Shown here piece after piece: positions 28,797 through 39,410 of a DNA stretch of 64,000 nucleotides (within the stretch, counting starts at the first letter, position 1; each line of letters opens with the position of its first letter). Position numbers and translations under genes: made by a program. Origin of the DNA: a virus; IMG/VR virus record IMGVR_UViG_3300014838_000017, positions 18,349-82,348 of that record; one strand, written 5' to 3'. The notes beneath the pieces are model-generated. The model did not search any database. It had not been told where the DNA came from and worked only from the letters and a program-made list of their open reading frames with translations.

Positions 28797-31139
28797 ATGC
28801 CACAAGCAGACTTTCAACCTACGTGGGCATTAATAGCCCGACCAACCGGATACTCTACTGGACCATCAGTTGGTAAATCGGAATTGTTGCTTAATGCAAA
28901 TTCTACTGAATTGTATCATAGGTTCTCACCATACTCAAATTATTCTCAGAATGGAGGGTTGCTTAATTGGGGAGATCAGCCATTTTATTATGTCTATGTT
29001 GACCAAGCCAAGAATTTTCCAAATAATCGTGCGGGACAAAGCCAAGTATTTCCGCTTCAAGATTCAATCATTGATGTTCAGAGAGTAACCAAATTTCTTG
29101 CTTCGGGAAATGGAATTACATTCATGGCTACTCAGTTGCTTCTACAAACTGGAAATGCATTTGATGAAACTCGGATATACAATCCAACATCTCCGATTGT
29201 TGCTGCTGGAATGGGATTGACTTTTAATGCGGTTCGTCCAGAACGTTTTCTTGATATATCTAGTCTTTCTGGATTGGCTACAAGTTTGTTGGGTGGGGCT
29301 GGAGCACTTCTTGCTGGTGGATCGGTGGTAAATGCCCCCGCAAGCACTACGGGAACAGGAGCATTGCCGACCCGAAACCAATCGACCGATGGTAAAGGAT
29401 TGCTTCGTGGTGGTGATGCCAATAAGGGATTAGCCAATTTCAAATCTAAATGGAATCCATCGCAAGGTGGAACCAACTCATTCATGTCGGCAGTTGCTAG
29501 TATTGCATCGTCAATGTTTAGTAACTTTATTCCTTCTAGACAGACGGGGATTCAATACCGTAGCGATGAAGGTTCATATGGATTAATGTTGGCGGCTGCT
29601 TCTCCACAATTGGATTCTTTGGATTCTTCCGGAAATCCGATTGCATTTGGCCAATTATGGGTTGCGGGAGGAAAAGGAATGCGTAAGCAGGGACAATATC
29701 CTAATAAACCAACCAGACTATTTGTTCAAGTTCAAAATGGTAAAGTAATTTCAAATCTTGTAAGTGCTGCAGGAGGTTTGAGTGTATATGCTTCAGGATT
29801 GGGGACCGTTGGATATTCCATTACTCCAAGCACTAATGTTACTAAGCCTGGGTATCGCTATGGTGATTCGATGGGAACATTATTCATAAATAATAATGGA
29901 TACATGGGGTCAGATATAATGTATCAATACAAATATTATATTGATCCTACACAAGCATTCCCAACCAAAGACCCAGAATCAACCATAGCAGATTCTGTTG
30001 ATAAAATGGGAGGTAATGCTGGAACCATCCAGAAAAACTTGAATAACATTCTCAAGGCTAGTGGAGGTAAGACATATACCACAGTAAACCCCGATGGAGT
30101 TATTTTAAGAACCCCGTCGGTTAATTACAATTATGATCGTCTGTCGTCTAAGTCGAAGTCCACGCCTATAAATCAATATATTCTCGGGTCTTTGTCCTCA
30201 TATAGAAATTCAGGGGTGCGAATGGTTAGTGATGATTTAGTTTCTAATGTGAATCAATCGATGGGACTCCCAACGTCATTCAAATCGGATAGAATAAATA
30301 CATTTAATGTGTTGGATAGTTCGGCTAAGGGTACTACGTGGAACCCATTTAGTGATGATTTGGTAGCATTGTATTTTTACGATGTTGTAAATGACAAATA
30401 TATTCCGTTCCGTGCAATTATTAGTGGTATTGGGGAAAGCGGAAATGCATCGTGGGATGAAATGGCATTTATTGGGAGGGCCGATAAAGTTTATTCATAT
30501 GGAGGATTCAATCGCAATTTTAATTTTACGATTAACATTGTCATTAACAGTATTGCGGAACTAGCTCCAACTTGGCAGAGAATTAACTACATGATGACTG
30601 CATATAAGCCTGCTAATTATACCCGAAAGGCAAGTTCTACGGGCGGTGATTTGGTATATGACCGATTTATGGTACCACCAATGTTTATGTTTACGTTGGG
30701 AGACTTATATCGTGACCAACCTATACTTATTCAATCTGTGGCTATGACTATTCCTGATGGTGCGTCGTGGGAGACTTTAAATCAAGAGAATCAAGGAAGC
30801 ACATGGGCATACATGGCTAATACGATTAAAGCTTCGGGAGCAAAGTTCGGTCAAGTTCCAAGAGAAATACAACTTGCGTTTACTATGATTTTTCTTGAGA
30901 AGGAACGTGCGGTTGTTGGTGGAGCAAATTTTGGTCATGCACCTAGAACGGAGGACTTTAACAACTTCAACTACGACACCGCAGTGCCAGAGACGTTTAA
31001 CGCATGGAACGTAAACTATGTAGTTAATATTCCAAACTTGACTACACAGGATACTAAAAAAACCTTGGCAAATGGGTTTCAAACACCATCGGGAGCATCT
31101 GTAATAAATCAAGCAATCGTTCCTACTAATTTGTTCTAA
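28797..31139 (+). CDS. Baseplate / tail-tube initiator-like protein
   Basis: Start MPQADF follows TACTTATA; C-terminal domain IPFRA...W....FIGRADKVYSYGGFNR...PPMFMFTLGDLY; lies after the TMP. Confidence 0.6.
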   Translation: MPQADFQPTWALIARPTGYSTGPSVGKSELLLNANSTELYHRFSPYSNYSQNGGLLNWGDQPFYYVYVDQAKNFPNNRAGQSQVFPLQDSIIDVQRVTKFLASGNGITFMATQLLLQTGNAFDETRIYNPTSPIVAAGMGLTFNAVRPERFLDISSLSGLATSLLGGAGALLAGGSVVNAPASTTGTGALPTRNQSTDGKGLLRGGDANKGLANFKSKWNPSQGGTNSFMSAVASIASSMFSNFIPSRQTGIQYRSDEGSYGLMLAAASPQLDSLDSSGNPIAFGQLWVAGGKGMRKQGQYPNKPTRLFVQVQNGKVISNLVSAAGGLSVYASGLGTVGYSITPSTNVTKPGYRYGDSMGTLFINNNGYMGSDIMYQYKYYIDPTQAFPTKDPESTIADSVDKMGGNAGTIQKNLNNILKASGGKTYTTVNPDGVILRTPSVNYNYDRLSSKSKSTPINQYILGSLSSYRNSGVRMVSDDLVSNVNQSMGLPTSFKSDRINTFNVLDSSAKGTTWNPFSDDLVALYFYDVVNDKYIPFRAIISGIGESGNASWDEMAFIGRADKVYSYGGFNRNFNFTINIVINSIAELAPTWQRINYMMTAYKPANYTRKASSTGGDLVYDRFMVPPMFMFTLGDLYRDQPILIQSVAMTIPDGASWETLNQENQGSTWAYMANTIKASGAKFGQVPREIQLAFTMIFLEKERAVVGGANFGHAPRTEDFNNFNYDTAVPETFNAWNVNYVVNIPNLTTQDTKKTLANGFQTPSGASVINQAIVPTNLF

Positions 31140-31143
31140 TATT

Positions 31144-31440
31144 ATGCGATATGATAGCACGCCAATTCAAAACCGATGGGATGGAAAGAGAGTTTATAAG
31201 ACAACCCAATATCCACCCATCCCTGTTCAAGCAACGGATGTTCAAGTCATAACGAATACGGAAGATTATCTCGATTCGTTGGCGTTGAAGTATTATGACG
31301 ATCCATCTTTGTATTGGATTATTGCTCACGCAAATAATTTAGGTAAGGGTCGGTTGAGTGTTCCACCGGGCATCATCATACGTATTCCTGTGGATATAAG
31401 CACTATCCAATCCAAATTTAATCAACTCAACTCACAATAA
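31144..31440 (+). CDS. LysM/gp53-like baseplate wedge protein
   Basis: DYLDSLALKYYDDPSLYWIIAHAN...PGIIIRIP. Confidence 0.85.
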   Translation: MRYDSTPIQNRWDGKRVYKTTQYPPIPVQATDVQVITNTEDYLDSLALKYYDDPSLYWIIAHANNLGKGRLSVPPGIIIRIPVDISTIQSKFNQLNSQ

Positions 31441-31467
31441 TTCCGTCGTTTTATGTTCCGATGATAT

Positions 31468-32334
31468 ATGTATAATGTGTTATGGGACGAAAAGCATTAC
31501 ATAGAACCGAATATGAACTCCGAGAACAAAAACGAATCCGTGATAAACGTTATTACCAACGACACCACTATGACATTCTCGAAAGAAGAATGCGAAGATA
31601 CTGGAAATTGGACAAAAAATTGTCCTAAATGTGGGATGAAACAGGTATATTCTTCGTGGGATTCATTAAGATTCGCTATTCGGAAACATACCATATGTAA
31701 TAAATGCCGTGCAAATAAACTAAAAACACGCCCCACCTCTGACAAATGGAAACGAATATGTCCCGCTTGTCAAAAAGAAATTTTGTATAAGTCTGTCAAA
31801 AGTTATTTGCTTTGTGTTAGAACTAAGACAAAATGTCGGAAATGTGGTAGTGCAGAAATAGTAAAACATAGGGATACATCATTTTTTAAAACACAAGAAT
31901 ATCGGAAAAAAATGAGTGAAATTTTAAAAGTTAAACGTAAAACGAATAGCTATGGAGATAGTTTTAAGAAAAAATGTCGTATAAATAGAGCGAAAAGTGC
32001 ATTGTTGGGAGTTCAAAACAAGCCAAATTATAATAAAAATGCGTGTTTATTTATTGATGCTATAAATAAGAAATTCGGGTGGAATTTGCAACATGCTGAA
32101 AGTGGGGGGGAGAAGGTCGTGGAAGGATTTTTTCTGGATGGGTATGATGATGGAAGGAATATTGTTTTTGAGTATGATGAGCCTAAACATAATACATTGT
32201 CGCATGAAAAACGAGACCGAATAAAAGAAAAAGTAGTGATAAAGAAAATAAGTCCTTGGAAATTTATTCGATTTAGTGAAAAATACAATAAATTGTATGA
32301 TATTATAAACGGGGAGGAAATTATATGGCAGTAA
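31468..32334 (+). CDS. Zn-ribbon plus PD-(D/E)XK (Vsr-like) putative homing endonuclease (true start uncertain)
   Basis: Repeated CPxC/CxxC modules and QHAESGGE...FLDGYD...VFEYDEPKH. Confidence 0.75.
   Translation: MYNVLWDEKHYIEPNMNSENKNESVINVITNDTTMTFSKEECEDTGNWTKNCPKCGMKQVYSSWDSLRFAIRKHTICNKCRANKLKTRPTSDKWKRICPACQKEILYKSVKSYLLCVRTKTKCRKCGSAEIVKHRDTSFFKTQEYRKKMSEILKVKRKTNSYGDSFKKKCRINRAKSALLGVQNKPNYNKNACLFIDAINKKFGWNLQHAESGGEKVVEGFFLDGYDDGRNIVFEYDEPKHNTLSHEKRDRIKEKVVIKKISPWKFIRFSEKYNKLYDIINGEEIIWQ
31482..31628 (+). CDS. Basic leader peptide (48 aa), copy 2; not in the ORF track
   Basis: MGRKALHRTEYELREQKRIRDKRYYQRHHYDILERRMRRYWKLDKKLS, following TATGTATA at 31467. Confidence 0.75.
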   Translation: MGRKALHRTEYELREQKRIRDKRYYQRHHYDILERRMRRYWKLDKKLS

Positions 32335-34808
32335 CAAATAATTCTCCAAATCCTGGTAGTGGAGGAGACCCATCGGTAGTTATACCTTGGGAGCCGTGCA
32401 ACTTCCCAATAGCTTTGCAAGATGAATTAAATCGTCGTAAAAAGAATCGAAGTCTTCGTTATGTTCAATCCACGCAAGGAAACTGGGATAGTCAAAATGG
32501 TGATTGGTCAAAATATCGGGGTCCGATGGTTCCGTGGGTTCGTCTGTGTTCAAATAGCAAAGGAAAACGAGGAACGACTGGTAAAGAAGGGTTCGTTCTG
32601 TTTGGTGGTAAAGGATTCTACACGGATTATGGATTCACTGCCGCAAAAAATAACCCATCGGTTATTGGATATGTTCCCAATGGACAGAATGCTACGCATA
32701 CTATTGATAATGATATTAATGAACAGTATCCCATTCACGTTCCCGCTCCTGAGATTGAAAAGATTAGTGTAAGCATTCAGAAGGAACTCTATCGTCGGGT
32801 TGAAATCGAGTGGGTGTGTTTTTCTAAAAAGCAGTTGGAATACATGACCCCATACTTCCTAGTTCCGGGAATATCAGCAATTATGGAGTGGGGATGGAAT
32901 CATTACAATCCAGTGTCATTGATAGATTTGTCTGACACGGGGACACTGCAAGATTACTTCAATAACCCATATTCTCTCTACACCAATAACATCATTAAGT
33001 CTAGAGGAAATTATGATGTTATTTTTGGAATTGTGACAAACTTTGGATGGACGGTTGACGGAAACAAGTTCCGATGCAAAACCGAAATCACTTCCAAAGA
33101 TCGTATCTATTCTGGGTTAATCGTGGATTCTACGGTTACAGAGAAATCATCAACTGGTGAGGACGCCGAGACTAAGGATAAGCCGTTTGACAGTCTGACT
33201 CAATTCATTGATAAGTCACTCGACCTGTTTCGTAATGTAGTCACTCAAACACCAGATTCTATATCGGACCTTTCGGCTTTATGTTCGTATATTCGAGCGG
33301 CACACCCAACTAATGCAAACGAATATTTGTATGGTGTATTTACGGGTCGAGACCCGAAGGATTTAAAGAACAAATTTGCGAAGGGTGCCAACACAAATTA
33401 TGATTTTGATTGTTTGAATAAGAACTCGGAATTATGGGTTAACCTTGGACTTGTCATTGAAGTATTAAACTTCCACGCAAAGTTGAAAGCTACCAAGGGA
33501 AAAGAAATGTTTCGAGTAGATATTGATGACGTGGTTGTTAGTGCCCACCCCAATATGATTTCAAGTGATGGGTCCATTTGTTTGATTCCAAATTGGGAAT
33601 CTCCACATTATTTCTATGGAAAATATGGCATTCGTGAGGCTATACATAATGATAAGTCGGGTATTGGGCTTCCTCTTAATCCTCCATCGAGCACTAATGG
33701 GCCTATTTCGTTTCCATCAAAACATGCAGACGCAATAAAATCTAAGCAGGCAGCAGATTGGAGATTAGGTAGAATATGTGGACAATTTAATAAAGCGTAT
33801 AGGGATGATATTGACCAAATTATTAATGCGGTTCGTTATGAAAATGGCGTCCCGGCGGGAACTTGCTGCTTTCCATTCAAGAAACCTACCCAAGGACTAA
33901 ATAACAATCCATATCCCCCCCATTTCTCTGGATATTTGAGAAATATTTATGTGAGCGTGTCTTACTTGAAAGCATTGTTGGATAATAGCTCGGATATTAC
34001 AACGTATCTTCAACTCGTTGAGAAATTAGCATCTGATATTAATGGCGCATGTGGAACATTTTGGGACTTGAGATTGGTAAGTGCTCCCGGCGATGCGAAA
34101 ATATCCAATACAGATGCTGCCCCCATGAAACTTGTAGACTACAAGTTCATGTACTTTTCCAATCGTGGAAAAGTATGGTCGTTTGATTATTTTGATGCTG
34201 ACAGTTTGTTGCAGGGTATTGGATTCAACCCGACATTGAGCAATGCTCAAGCAATTCGAACCATTTATTCCCCAACGAACAATGTTGATAAGAATATAGT
34301 CATAACGAATGGTGACAATGAACTTCTTGACTATGGTGCTGAAGATAGGTTAAACTTGGGACAAAATGTGGGAAATACGTCATCGTCAACTTCGACTGAA
34401 GACACCAGTGGGTTTGACGACACGATGCGGGCATTACAACAAATCGAACCTCCGACTGATGGGTCGTACCAAATAACATCGAATGGAACCGTTTATCGTC
34501 TTGCGCTTCCCGCCAGTGATATTCAGAAACTTTTACTTGATGATAGCGATGAGGATAACAATCCTAAATACACTGGAATCATGCCGGGTATTCAGGCGAC
34601 ATTTACCGTTCAAGGTATTGGAGGTCTTCGAACTTTCATGATGTTTTTGTGCAAAAACTTGGCCGATCCATATTCCGAGAATAATATTGTGTTTAGAATT
34701 GTTAATGTTGAGGAAAATATTGAGCCGGGAAAATGGACCACCACGATAACGGCGGGCGTTATTCCTCTGCGTGGATTTATAAAATCACGCCTTGGAATCT
34801 CGCCTTAA
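32325..34808 (+). CDS. Putative baseplate hub protein
   Basis: 827 aa; PWVRL, YFLVPG...MEWGWN, NYD..FGIVTNF.W and a GIGGLR...W.TTI C-terminus; follows the LysM wedge gene. Confidence 0.6.
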   Translation: MAVTNNSPNPGSGGDPSVVIPWEPCNFPIALQDELNRRKKNRSLRYVQSTQGNWDSQNGDWSKYRGPMVPWVRLCSNSKGKRGTTGKEGFVLFGGKGFYTDYGFTAAKNNPSVIGYVPNGQNATHTIDNDINEQYPIHVPAPEIEKISVSIQKELYRRVEIEWVCFSKKQLEYMTPYFLVPGISAIMEWGWNHYNPVSLIDLSDTGTLQDYFNNPYSLYTNNIIKSRGNYDVIFGIVTNFGWTVDGNKFRCKTEITSKDRIYSGLIVDSTVTEKSSTGEDAETKDKPFDSLTQFIDKSLDLFRNVVTQTPDSISDLSALCSYIRAAHPTNANEYLYGVFTGRDPKDLKNKFAKGANTNYDFDCLNKNSELWVNLGLVIEVLNFHAKLKATKGKEMFRVDIDDVVVSAHPNMISSDGSICLIPNWESPHYFYGKYGIREAIHNDKSGIGLPLNPPSSTNGPISFPSKHADAIKSKQAADWRLGRICGQFNKAYRDDIDQIINAVRYENGVPAGTCCFPFKKPTQGLNNNPYPPHFSGYLRNIYVSVSYLKALLDNSSDITTYLQLVEKLASDINGACGTFWDLRLVSAPGDAKISNTDAAPMKLVDYKFMYFSNRGKVWSFDYFDADSLLQGIGFNPTLSNAQAIRTIYSPTNNVDKNIVITNGDNELLDYGAEDRLNLGQNVGNTSSSTSTEDTSGFDDTMRALQQIEPPTDGSYQITSNGTVYRLALPASDIQKLLLDDSDEDNNPKYTGIMPGIQATFTVQGIGGLRTFMMFLCKNLADPYSENNIVFRIVNVEENIEPGKWTTTITAGVIPLRGFIKSRLGISP

Positions 34809-34811
34809 ATC

Positions 34812-34840
34812 TTGACTTCGGGATGGGGTAGTGATATTAT
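34812..34840 (+). promoter_or_regulatory. Sigma70-type promoter of the DNA polymerase gene
   Basis: TTGACT-17-TATTAT with TGn; the start codon is 6 nt downstream. Confidence 0.6.
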
Positions 34841-34846
34841 GAGTGG

Positions 34847-36196
34847 TTGATGATCGAAACACCCACAGACCTCATACGCTTTCAACTTGAAAATCAAGTT
34901 GGAGATTGGATTGTTCACGTCGTTCCCGTAGCAGATATTCATCCTGTCATTTCCACTTCAAGTCTTCTATTCATCCGAAACATTCTAACGGGTAAAACAT
35001 ATTACTATTCTTTTAATCATCCCGATTCCAAACCTTGTAATTTGTTATTCGATGAAATAATTCGCAAATCTTCCAACCGAAAATGGGCACTCGATAAAAA
35101 GGCATTTGACCAAATGTTTCGAGGAGTTTCAAACACACTTGATGCCAATGCGTTGGCGTGGATGTGTGGGGAGGATGTCCTCGAACTGTCAGAATATGAT
35201 ACTCCTGCCCATTATCTTATTCGTAAAAATGCGGCGGGACATGAGCGATTAAATCTTGTCATTCCGTTGATGAAGCACAAGGAAATGTTTGATGATTTGG
35301 CAAATGATTTGAGTGAACTCATAAAAGATTTTTCTCCGGATTCTACATTTACTCGGTTTAATGATCTTATTATAGGGACGTTGGGAGATTTGGAAACACA
35401 GGGAATTTCTGTGGACCCGACTCTTTTTAGAGAACGATATAAACAAGAACCTGAGATCAATAACATGGTGCATAGTCAATATAATGTCTATACATCTACA
35501 GGAAGACCAAGCAACAGTTTTAATGGCGTAAACTATGCGGCACTGAATCAGAGTGATGGCACTAGAAAATGTTTTCGTTCTAGGTATGGGGCTGATGGTT
35601 GTATGGCAGTTCTCGACTATACGAGTTTTCATCCACGTATAGTTAGCCACATGGTTAAACACGAGGTTCCACTCGATGTTGACATTTATGCCTATCTCGC
35701 CAAACTTTACTTCCATAAGAAAGATGTGGATGAGACAGATGTTAAAAATTCTAAATCGTTGACATTCAGACAGTTTTATGGAGGTATTGAAGATAAGTAT
35801 TTGCACATAAAATACTTGGCTAACATTAAGAGTTTTACTGAAGAACAATGGGAGTTATTTAACACCCGAGGATATGTTGAAACACCGTTCTTTAAGCGTA
35901 GGATCACGTCCAAGCACATTTCAGAGCCTAATCCTCCCAAAGTATTCAATTACATTCTTCAAGCCACAGAGGGCGAACTAAGCATTCCAAAGGTAAAGTC
36001 TGTGCTTGCTCATTTGGTAGGCAAACAGACAAAAGCGGTGCTTTACACTTACGATGCTATTCTCTATGACTTTTACAAGCCCGAGGGAATGAAGTTGCTT
36101 CGTGAATTGAAGAGTATAATGAGTTTTGATGGACGCTTTCCAATGAAGGCTTACATAGGTGAAACCTATAATGATATGAAGCTTATCACGTTATAG
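34847..36196 (+). CDS. Compact family A DNA polymerase
   Basis: TSTGRPS, motif A LDYTSFHPRI, motif B KSLTFRQFYG, NYILQATE and motif C YTYDAIL. Confidence 0.85.
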   Translation: MMIETPTDLIRFQLENQVGDWIVHVVPVADIHPVISTSSLLFIRNILTGKTYYYSFNHPDSKPCNLLFDEIIRKSSNRKWALDKKAFDQMFRGVSNTLDANALAWMCGEDVLELSEYDTPAHYLIRKNAAGHERLNLVIPLMKHKEMFDDLANDLSELIKDFSPDSTFTRFNDLIIGTLGDLETQGISVDPTLFRERYKQEPEINNMVHSQYNVYTSTGRPSNSFNGVNYAALNQSDGTRKCFRSRYGADGCMAVLDYTSFHPRIVSHMVKHEVPLDVDIYAYLAKLYFHKKDVDETDVKNSKSLTFRQFYGGIEDKYLHIKYLANIKSFTEEQWELFNTRGYVETPFFKRRITSKHISEPNPPKVFNYILQATEGELSIPKVKSVLAHLVGKQTKAVLYTYDAILYDFYKPEGMKLLRELKSIMSFDGRFPMKAYIGETYNDMKLITL

Positions 36197-36311
36197 TTGG
36201 GTAAATATTAACGGGCAATCCGTTTACATATCAGGTCTTTTACCCATATGGTATAACATCGAAATATATTAATAGATTAGACCATTAAATGTATATTTAT
36301 ACGTGAACGTT

Positions 36312-37127
36312 ATGACACGTATATCTGACCGCATATTCAACGAAGTTTGCCTCGACGAGAGAATTACAGATGGCATTTTCAAGATGGACAACGCAACTCA
36401 CATGGATGCGTTAAGGGACTATTTTGTTAAACGAGGTATTACTAAAGAAGCGGCAGTTCATGTAACTAATCGAATGGTTGAAGGTAAATATCCTGAACGT
36501 CAGGCTTATAATAGAGATGGTATTCTCGTCACCTTTCCAACTCCTCAACATAAGTCCAAGGCAATTGCTCGTGGGACTCATTTTGAAAAGAATCCAATCC
36601 CACAGGCTCAACAACCACAGGTCGAAGAGCCAGAACCAAAACAAGCTCCTCCCGGTTCTAATCCAGAACCCGGTGAACGTCCAAATGATGACGCTGATAA
36701 AGAGGAGGACACCAATGATGAAGAAGATGACGATATAGGCGGTGGGAGCGGTGGTGGTCACGGAGGCGGAGGTGGAAGTGGTGGCGGTGAAGGATCGGTT
36801 TTCCAAGGTGATAAACAATTGGAAGTAGAACCTCCTCGTGGTCAAGATGCGCCTGAACCTCCTCCAGCCCCAGCACAGCCAGAAGTGCCTCCTCTCCCAA
36901 GAACACCCGAGAGAGTTGCAGCAGAGAAAGAAATAGTCAAACAAATTTTGAGCACCGATGATACTACCCTATCCAACATCGGTGGACCCATTAAAGTGAA
37001 CGAACTCACGGAATCCGAATTGAATGAGTATCTAAAGCGTCATCAACTTCGTGAGTTGTATAAAAGAGCAGACGAGTGGGGATTTAGGGAAGCTATTAAA
37101 TTTTTAACTCCGTACGTGAAGCCTTAA
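36312..37127 (+). CDS. Hypothetical protein with a Pro/Glu/Gly-rich middle
   Basis: ORF follows TATTTATA at 36294; the start is either 36303 (GTG) or 36312 (ATG). Confidence 0.65.
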   Translation: MTRISDRIFNEVCLDERITDGIFKMDNATHMDALRDYFVKRGITKEAAVHVTNRMVEGKYPERQAYNRDGILVTFPTPQHKSKAIARGTHFEKNPIPQAQQPQVEEPEPKQAPPGSNPEPGERPNDDADKEEDTNDEEDDDIGGGSGGGHGGGGGSGGGEGSVFQGDKQLEVEPPRGQDAPEPPPAPAQPEVPPLPRTPERVAAEKEIVKQILSTDDTTLSNIGGPIKVNELTESELNEYLKRHQLRELYKRADEWGFREAIKFLTPYVKP

Positions 37128-37134
37128 ACACATT

Positions 37135-37533
37135 ATGATCGACCATGATACCAGACAACTATTATGCACATTTTCTACAGCTAAAGATTTTAGAACCGAT
37201 GCCGACGAAATCCGAAAGTTTTATGAAGTGTATAGCAATCGAGTATTTGCATTTGTCAATACACAAAATCAAAAAGAGATGTATTTGACCTACAACGTGT
37301 TGAATATGCGAAAGGATGCGCCTAAATTTTCAAACACTATTCTTATCCATAGAAAAAAGCAGACGAATACGCTCTATACGCTCAATGCAATGAACCGTCT
37401 CATCGAAGAAGAAAACGGCCACGCCGACAAGAGTTTCATCATTAATTGGAAGCTCTATGAGAACAGTCTTATAATAACTGGGGATGTTTTTATACGTATA
37501 ATTCCTTTGAAAATCGTGTCTGTAATTGAGTGA
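37135..37533 (+). CDS. Hypothetical phage protein
   Basis: 132 aa; QLLCTF...TILIHRKKQTNTLYTLNAMN. Confidence 0.7.
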   Translation: MIDHDTRQLLCTFSTAKDFRTDADEIRKFYEVYSNRVFAFVNTQNQKEMYLTYNVLNMRKDAPKFSNTILIHRKKQTNTLYTLNAMNRLIEEENGHADKSFIINWKLYENSLIITGDVFIRIIPLKIVSVIE

Positions 37534-37599
37534 ATTAAAATAAATAAAAGTTATTAAAATAAATAGTTTTAATCTTCTCATGTGCTATGTATATGGCAT

Positions 37600-37878
37600 A
37601 TGAAAACCTCCAAAAATGAAAAACGAGTTGTAAACCTTCCAAAGCACGATTTTGATGCTATTCGGTCATATTGTGATAAACGTTCCTTAAACATGCCCAA
37701 ATGGCTCGCCCAAATTGGGATGGATAGAATAACCCGTGATGATGTGAAACGAGAGATAGAGTTTGCTATTGGCGAAGCATCTATGTGTTGGAGCACTGTT
37801 CCGACAGGTGTGTTCAATTCCACCAAATCTTCCGAAATTTCCGAACGTCTTTATAGCGTAATAAAGAAGATGGTATGA
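37600..37878 (+). CDS. Possible ribbon-helix-helix DNA-binding protein
   Basis: KRVVNLPKHDFDAIRSYCDKRSLNMPKWL pattern; TATGTATA upstream. Confidence 0.45.
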   Translation: MKTSKNEKRVVNLPKHDFDAIRSYCDKRSLNMPKWLAQIGMDRITRDDVKREIEFAIGEASMCWSTVPTGVFNSTKSSEISERLYSVIKKMV

Positions 37879-38279
37879 CTGCTGAAGAAATCCGTGGGCG
37901 TAATCGAGCGTATTATCTTAAGAACAAAGATAAATTCAGAGAGCGAAATGCGATAAGTTATATTAAGAACAAAGATAAATATAAGGGTGTGTATAATAGC
38001 CGTAAGAAGGGATATATGGCTAATTTTCATTTGAAAAGAAAATATGGGATTGATGAAAACACCTATAATGAATTGTTCTCGTTGCAATATGGTCGTTGTG
38101 CTATTTGTGGAAAATCATCATCGAAATATAAACGAAAAATGGCGGTTGACCATGACCATGTTACTGGTAAAAATCGAGGACTGTTGTGTGTAAAATGTAA
38201 TAGTGGATTGGGATGTTTCGAGGAAAATCCATTGTTTTTCGACAGTGCTAAAAAATATATGGCTAAATATTCCCAATAA
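37875..38279 (+). CDS. Endonuclease VII-type (His-Me finger) homing endonuclease
   Basis: KYGI...Q.GRCAICG...AVDHDHVTGKNRGLLCVKCNSGLG. Confidence 0.9.
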   Translation: MTAEEIRGRNRAYYLKNKDKFRERNAISYIKNKDKYKGVYNSRKKGYMANFHLKRKYGIDENTYNELFSLQYGRCAICGKSSSKYKRKMAVDHDHVTGKNRGLLCVKCNSGLGCFEENPLFFDSAKKYMAKYSQ

Positions 38280-38433
38280 TAATGGGCATATACGATTTTT
38301 GATTATAATAAGTTGTTAAAAATGACGTTTTTTGATATTCTTTGTTATGTATAAAGGTAATAGTTGAGACTTAATCTTCCGATTAACGATTAACCAATTA
38401 TCTAATTAAACTAATTAAAAAAAAGAAAAACAT

Positions 38434-39321
38434 ATGTCAGTAAACGTATCTATACTTGTCGCTCGTCTCAAAGAATTTGAAGATGGAGCCAAAGCCTCAG
38501 AATTCGCAAAGCTTCTTTGGAAACCCAAAGAAGGGACTCAAACAATTCGCATCGTCCCCTACAAGTTCAACTCTGAGAATCCGTTCATTGAGTTGAAGTT
38601 CTACTACAAGTTAGCGGGAAATAACTACCTCGCCCCATGCACATTCGGGAAGCCCGATCCGATCATGGAAACCATCGAATCGCTCCGCTCCAGCGGTAGC
38701 AATGAAGAGAAGGAACTCGCAGCCAAAATCTCTCCTGTAACTCGCACTTATGCTCCTATCATCGTTCGTGGTGAAGAGGACCAGGGTGTTCGTTTCTGGG
38801 GATTCGGAGTCCAAGTCTATAAGCAACTTTTGAAGCTGATGACTAACTCCAAGTATGGTGACATTACTTCATGGAGTGATGGTCGTGACATCGAAGTCGA
38901 ATTCCACAAGGAAAGCAAGAAGAAAGGTAAAGACGGGAAGTCATTCCCCGAGACCACGATTCTTGCTGACCCCGCAACTACTCCGGTGGTCGATCCTACT
39001 CGTCGAGACCTCATGGAAAAGCTCAAAGATCAAACTGATATTTTGACCATTTTCCCATTGAAGTCCTACGACGAACTCAAAGCCGCCGTGGATAAATGGT
39101 TGAATCCCGAAGAAGAGGCGTCTGGTGCCGCAAATCAACCGGCAGCAACGACCCTTGCTGAGGCTCATGCCAAGGCAACCGCCAAAGCTTCGACTCCCGC
39201 ACCTGTAACTACTCCCGCAGCTACAGCATCCGCAGATGCCGCCGCTCCCGTCCCCGTTGCGTCGGCAACTCCCTCGAATCCAAATCTCGCCAATGAGTTC
39301 GAGAAGTTCTTCCAGAGTTAA
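38434..39321 (+). CDS. Single-stranded DNA-binding protein (T4 gp32-like)
   Basis: WKPKEG...IRIVP, PF.E..FYY, G..DPI, IVRGEE..GVRFWGFG, YGDIT...GRDI, and an acidic/aromatic tail. Confidence 0.85.
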   Translation: MSVNVSILVARLKEFEDGAKASEFAKLLWKPKEGTQTIRIVPYKFNSENPFIELKFYYKLAGNNYLAPCTFGKPDPIMETIESLRSSGSNEEKELAAKISPVTRTYAPIIVRGEEDQGVRFWGFGVQVYKQLLKLMTNSKYGDITSWSDGRDIEVEFHKESKKKGKDGKSFPETTILADPATTPVVDPTRRDLMEKLKDQTDILTIFPLKSYDELKAAVDKWLNPEEEASGAANQPAATTLAEAHAKATAKASTPAPVTTPAATASADAAAPVPVASATPSNPNLANEFEKFFQS

Positions 39322-39350
39322 TCTCTGTTAGAAAGTAATTAAAATAACTT

Positions 39351-39381
39351 GAGTGGGTTACTATCTTATGGTAACCTACTC
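39351..39381 (+). terminator. 14-bp hairpin after the SSB gene (terminator or processing/stability element)
   Basis: gagtgggttactat-ctt-atggtaacctactc; only a weak T tail. Confidence 0.5.
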
Positions 39382-39410
39382 TCGTCTTGTTAAACAATCA
39401 AAGAAAATTT

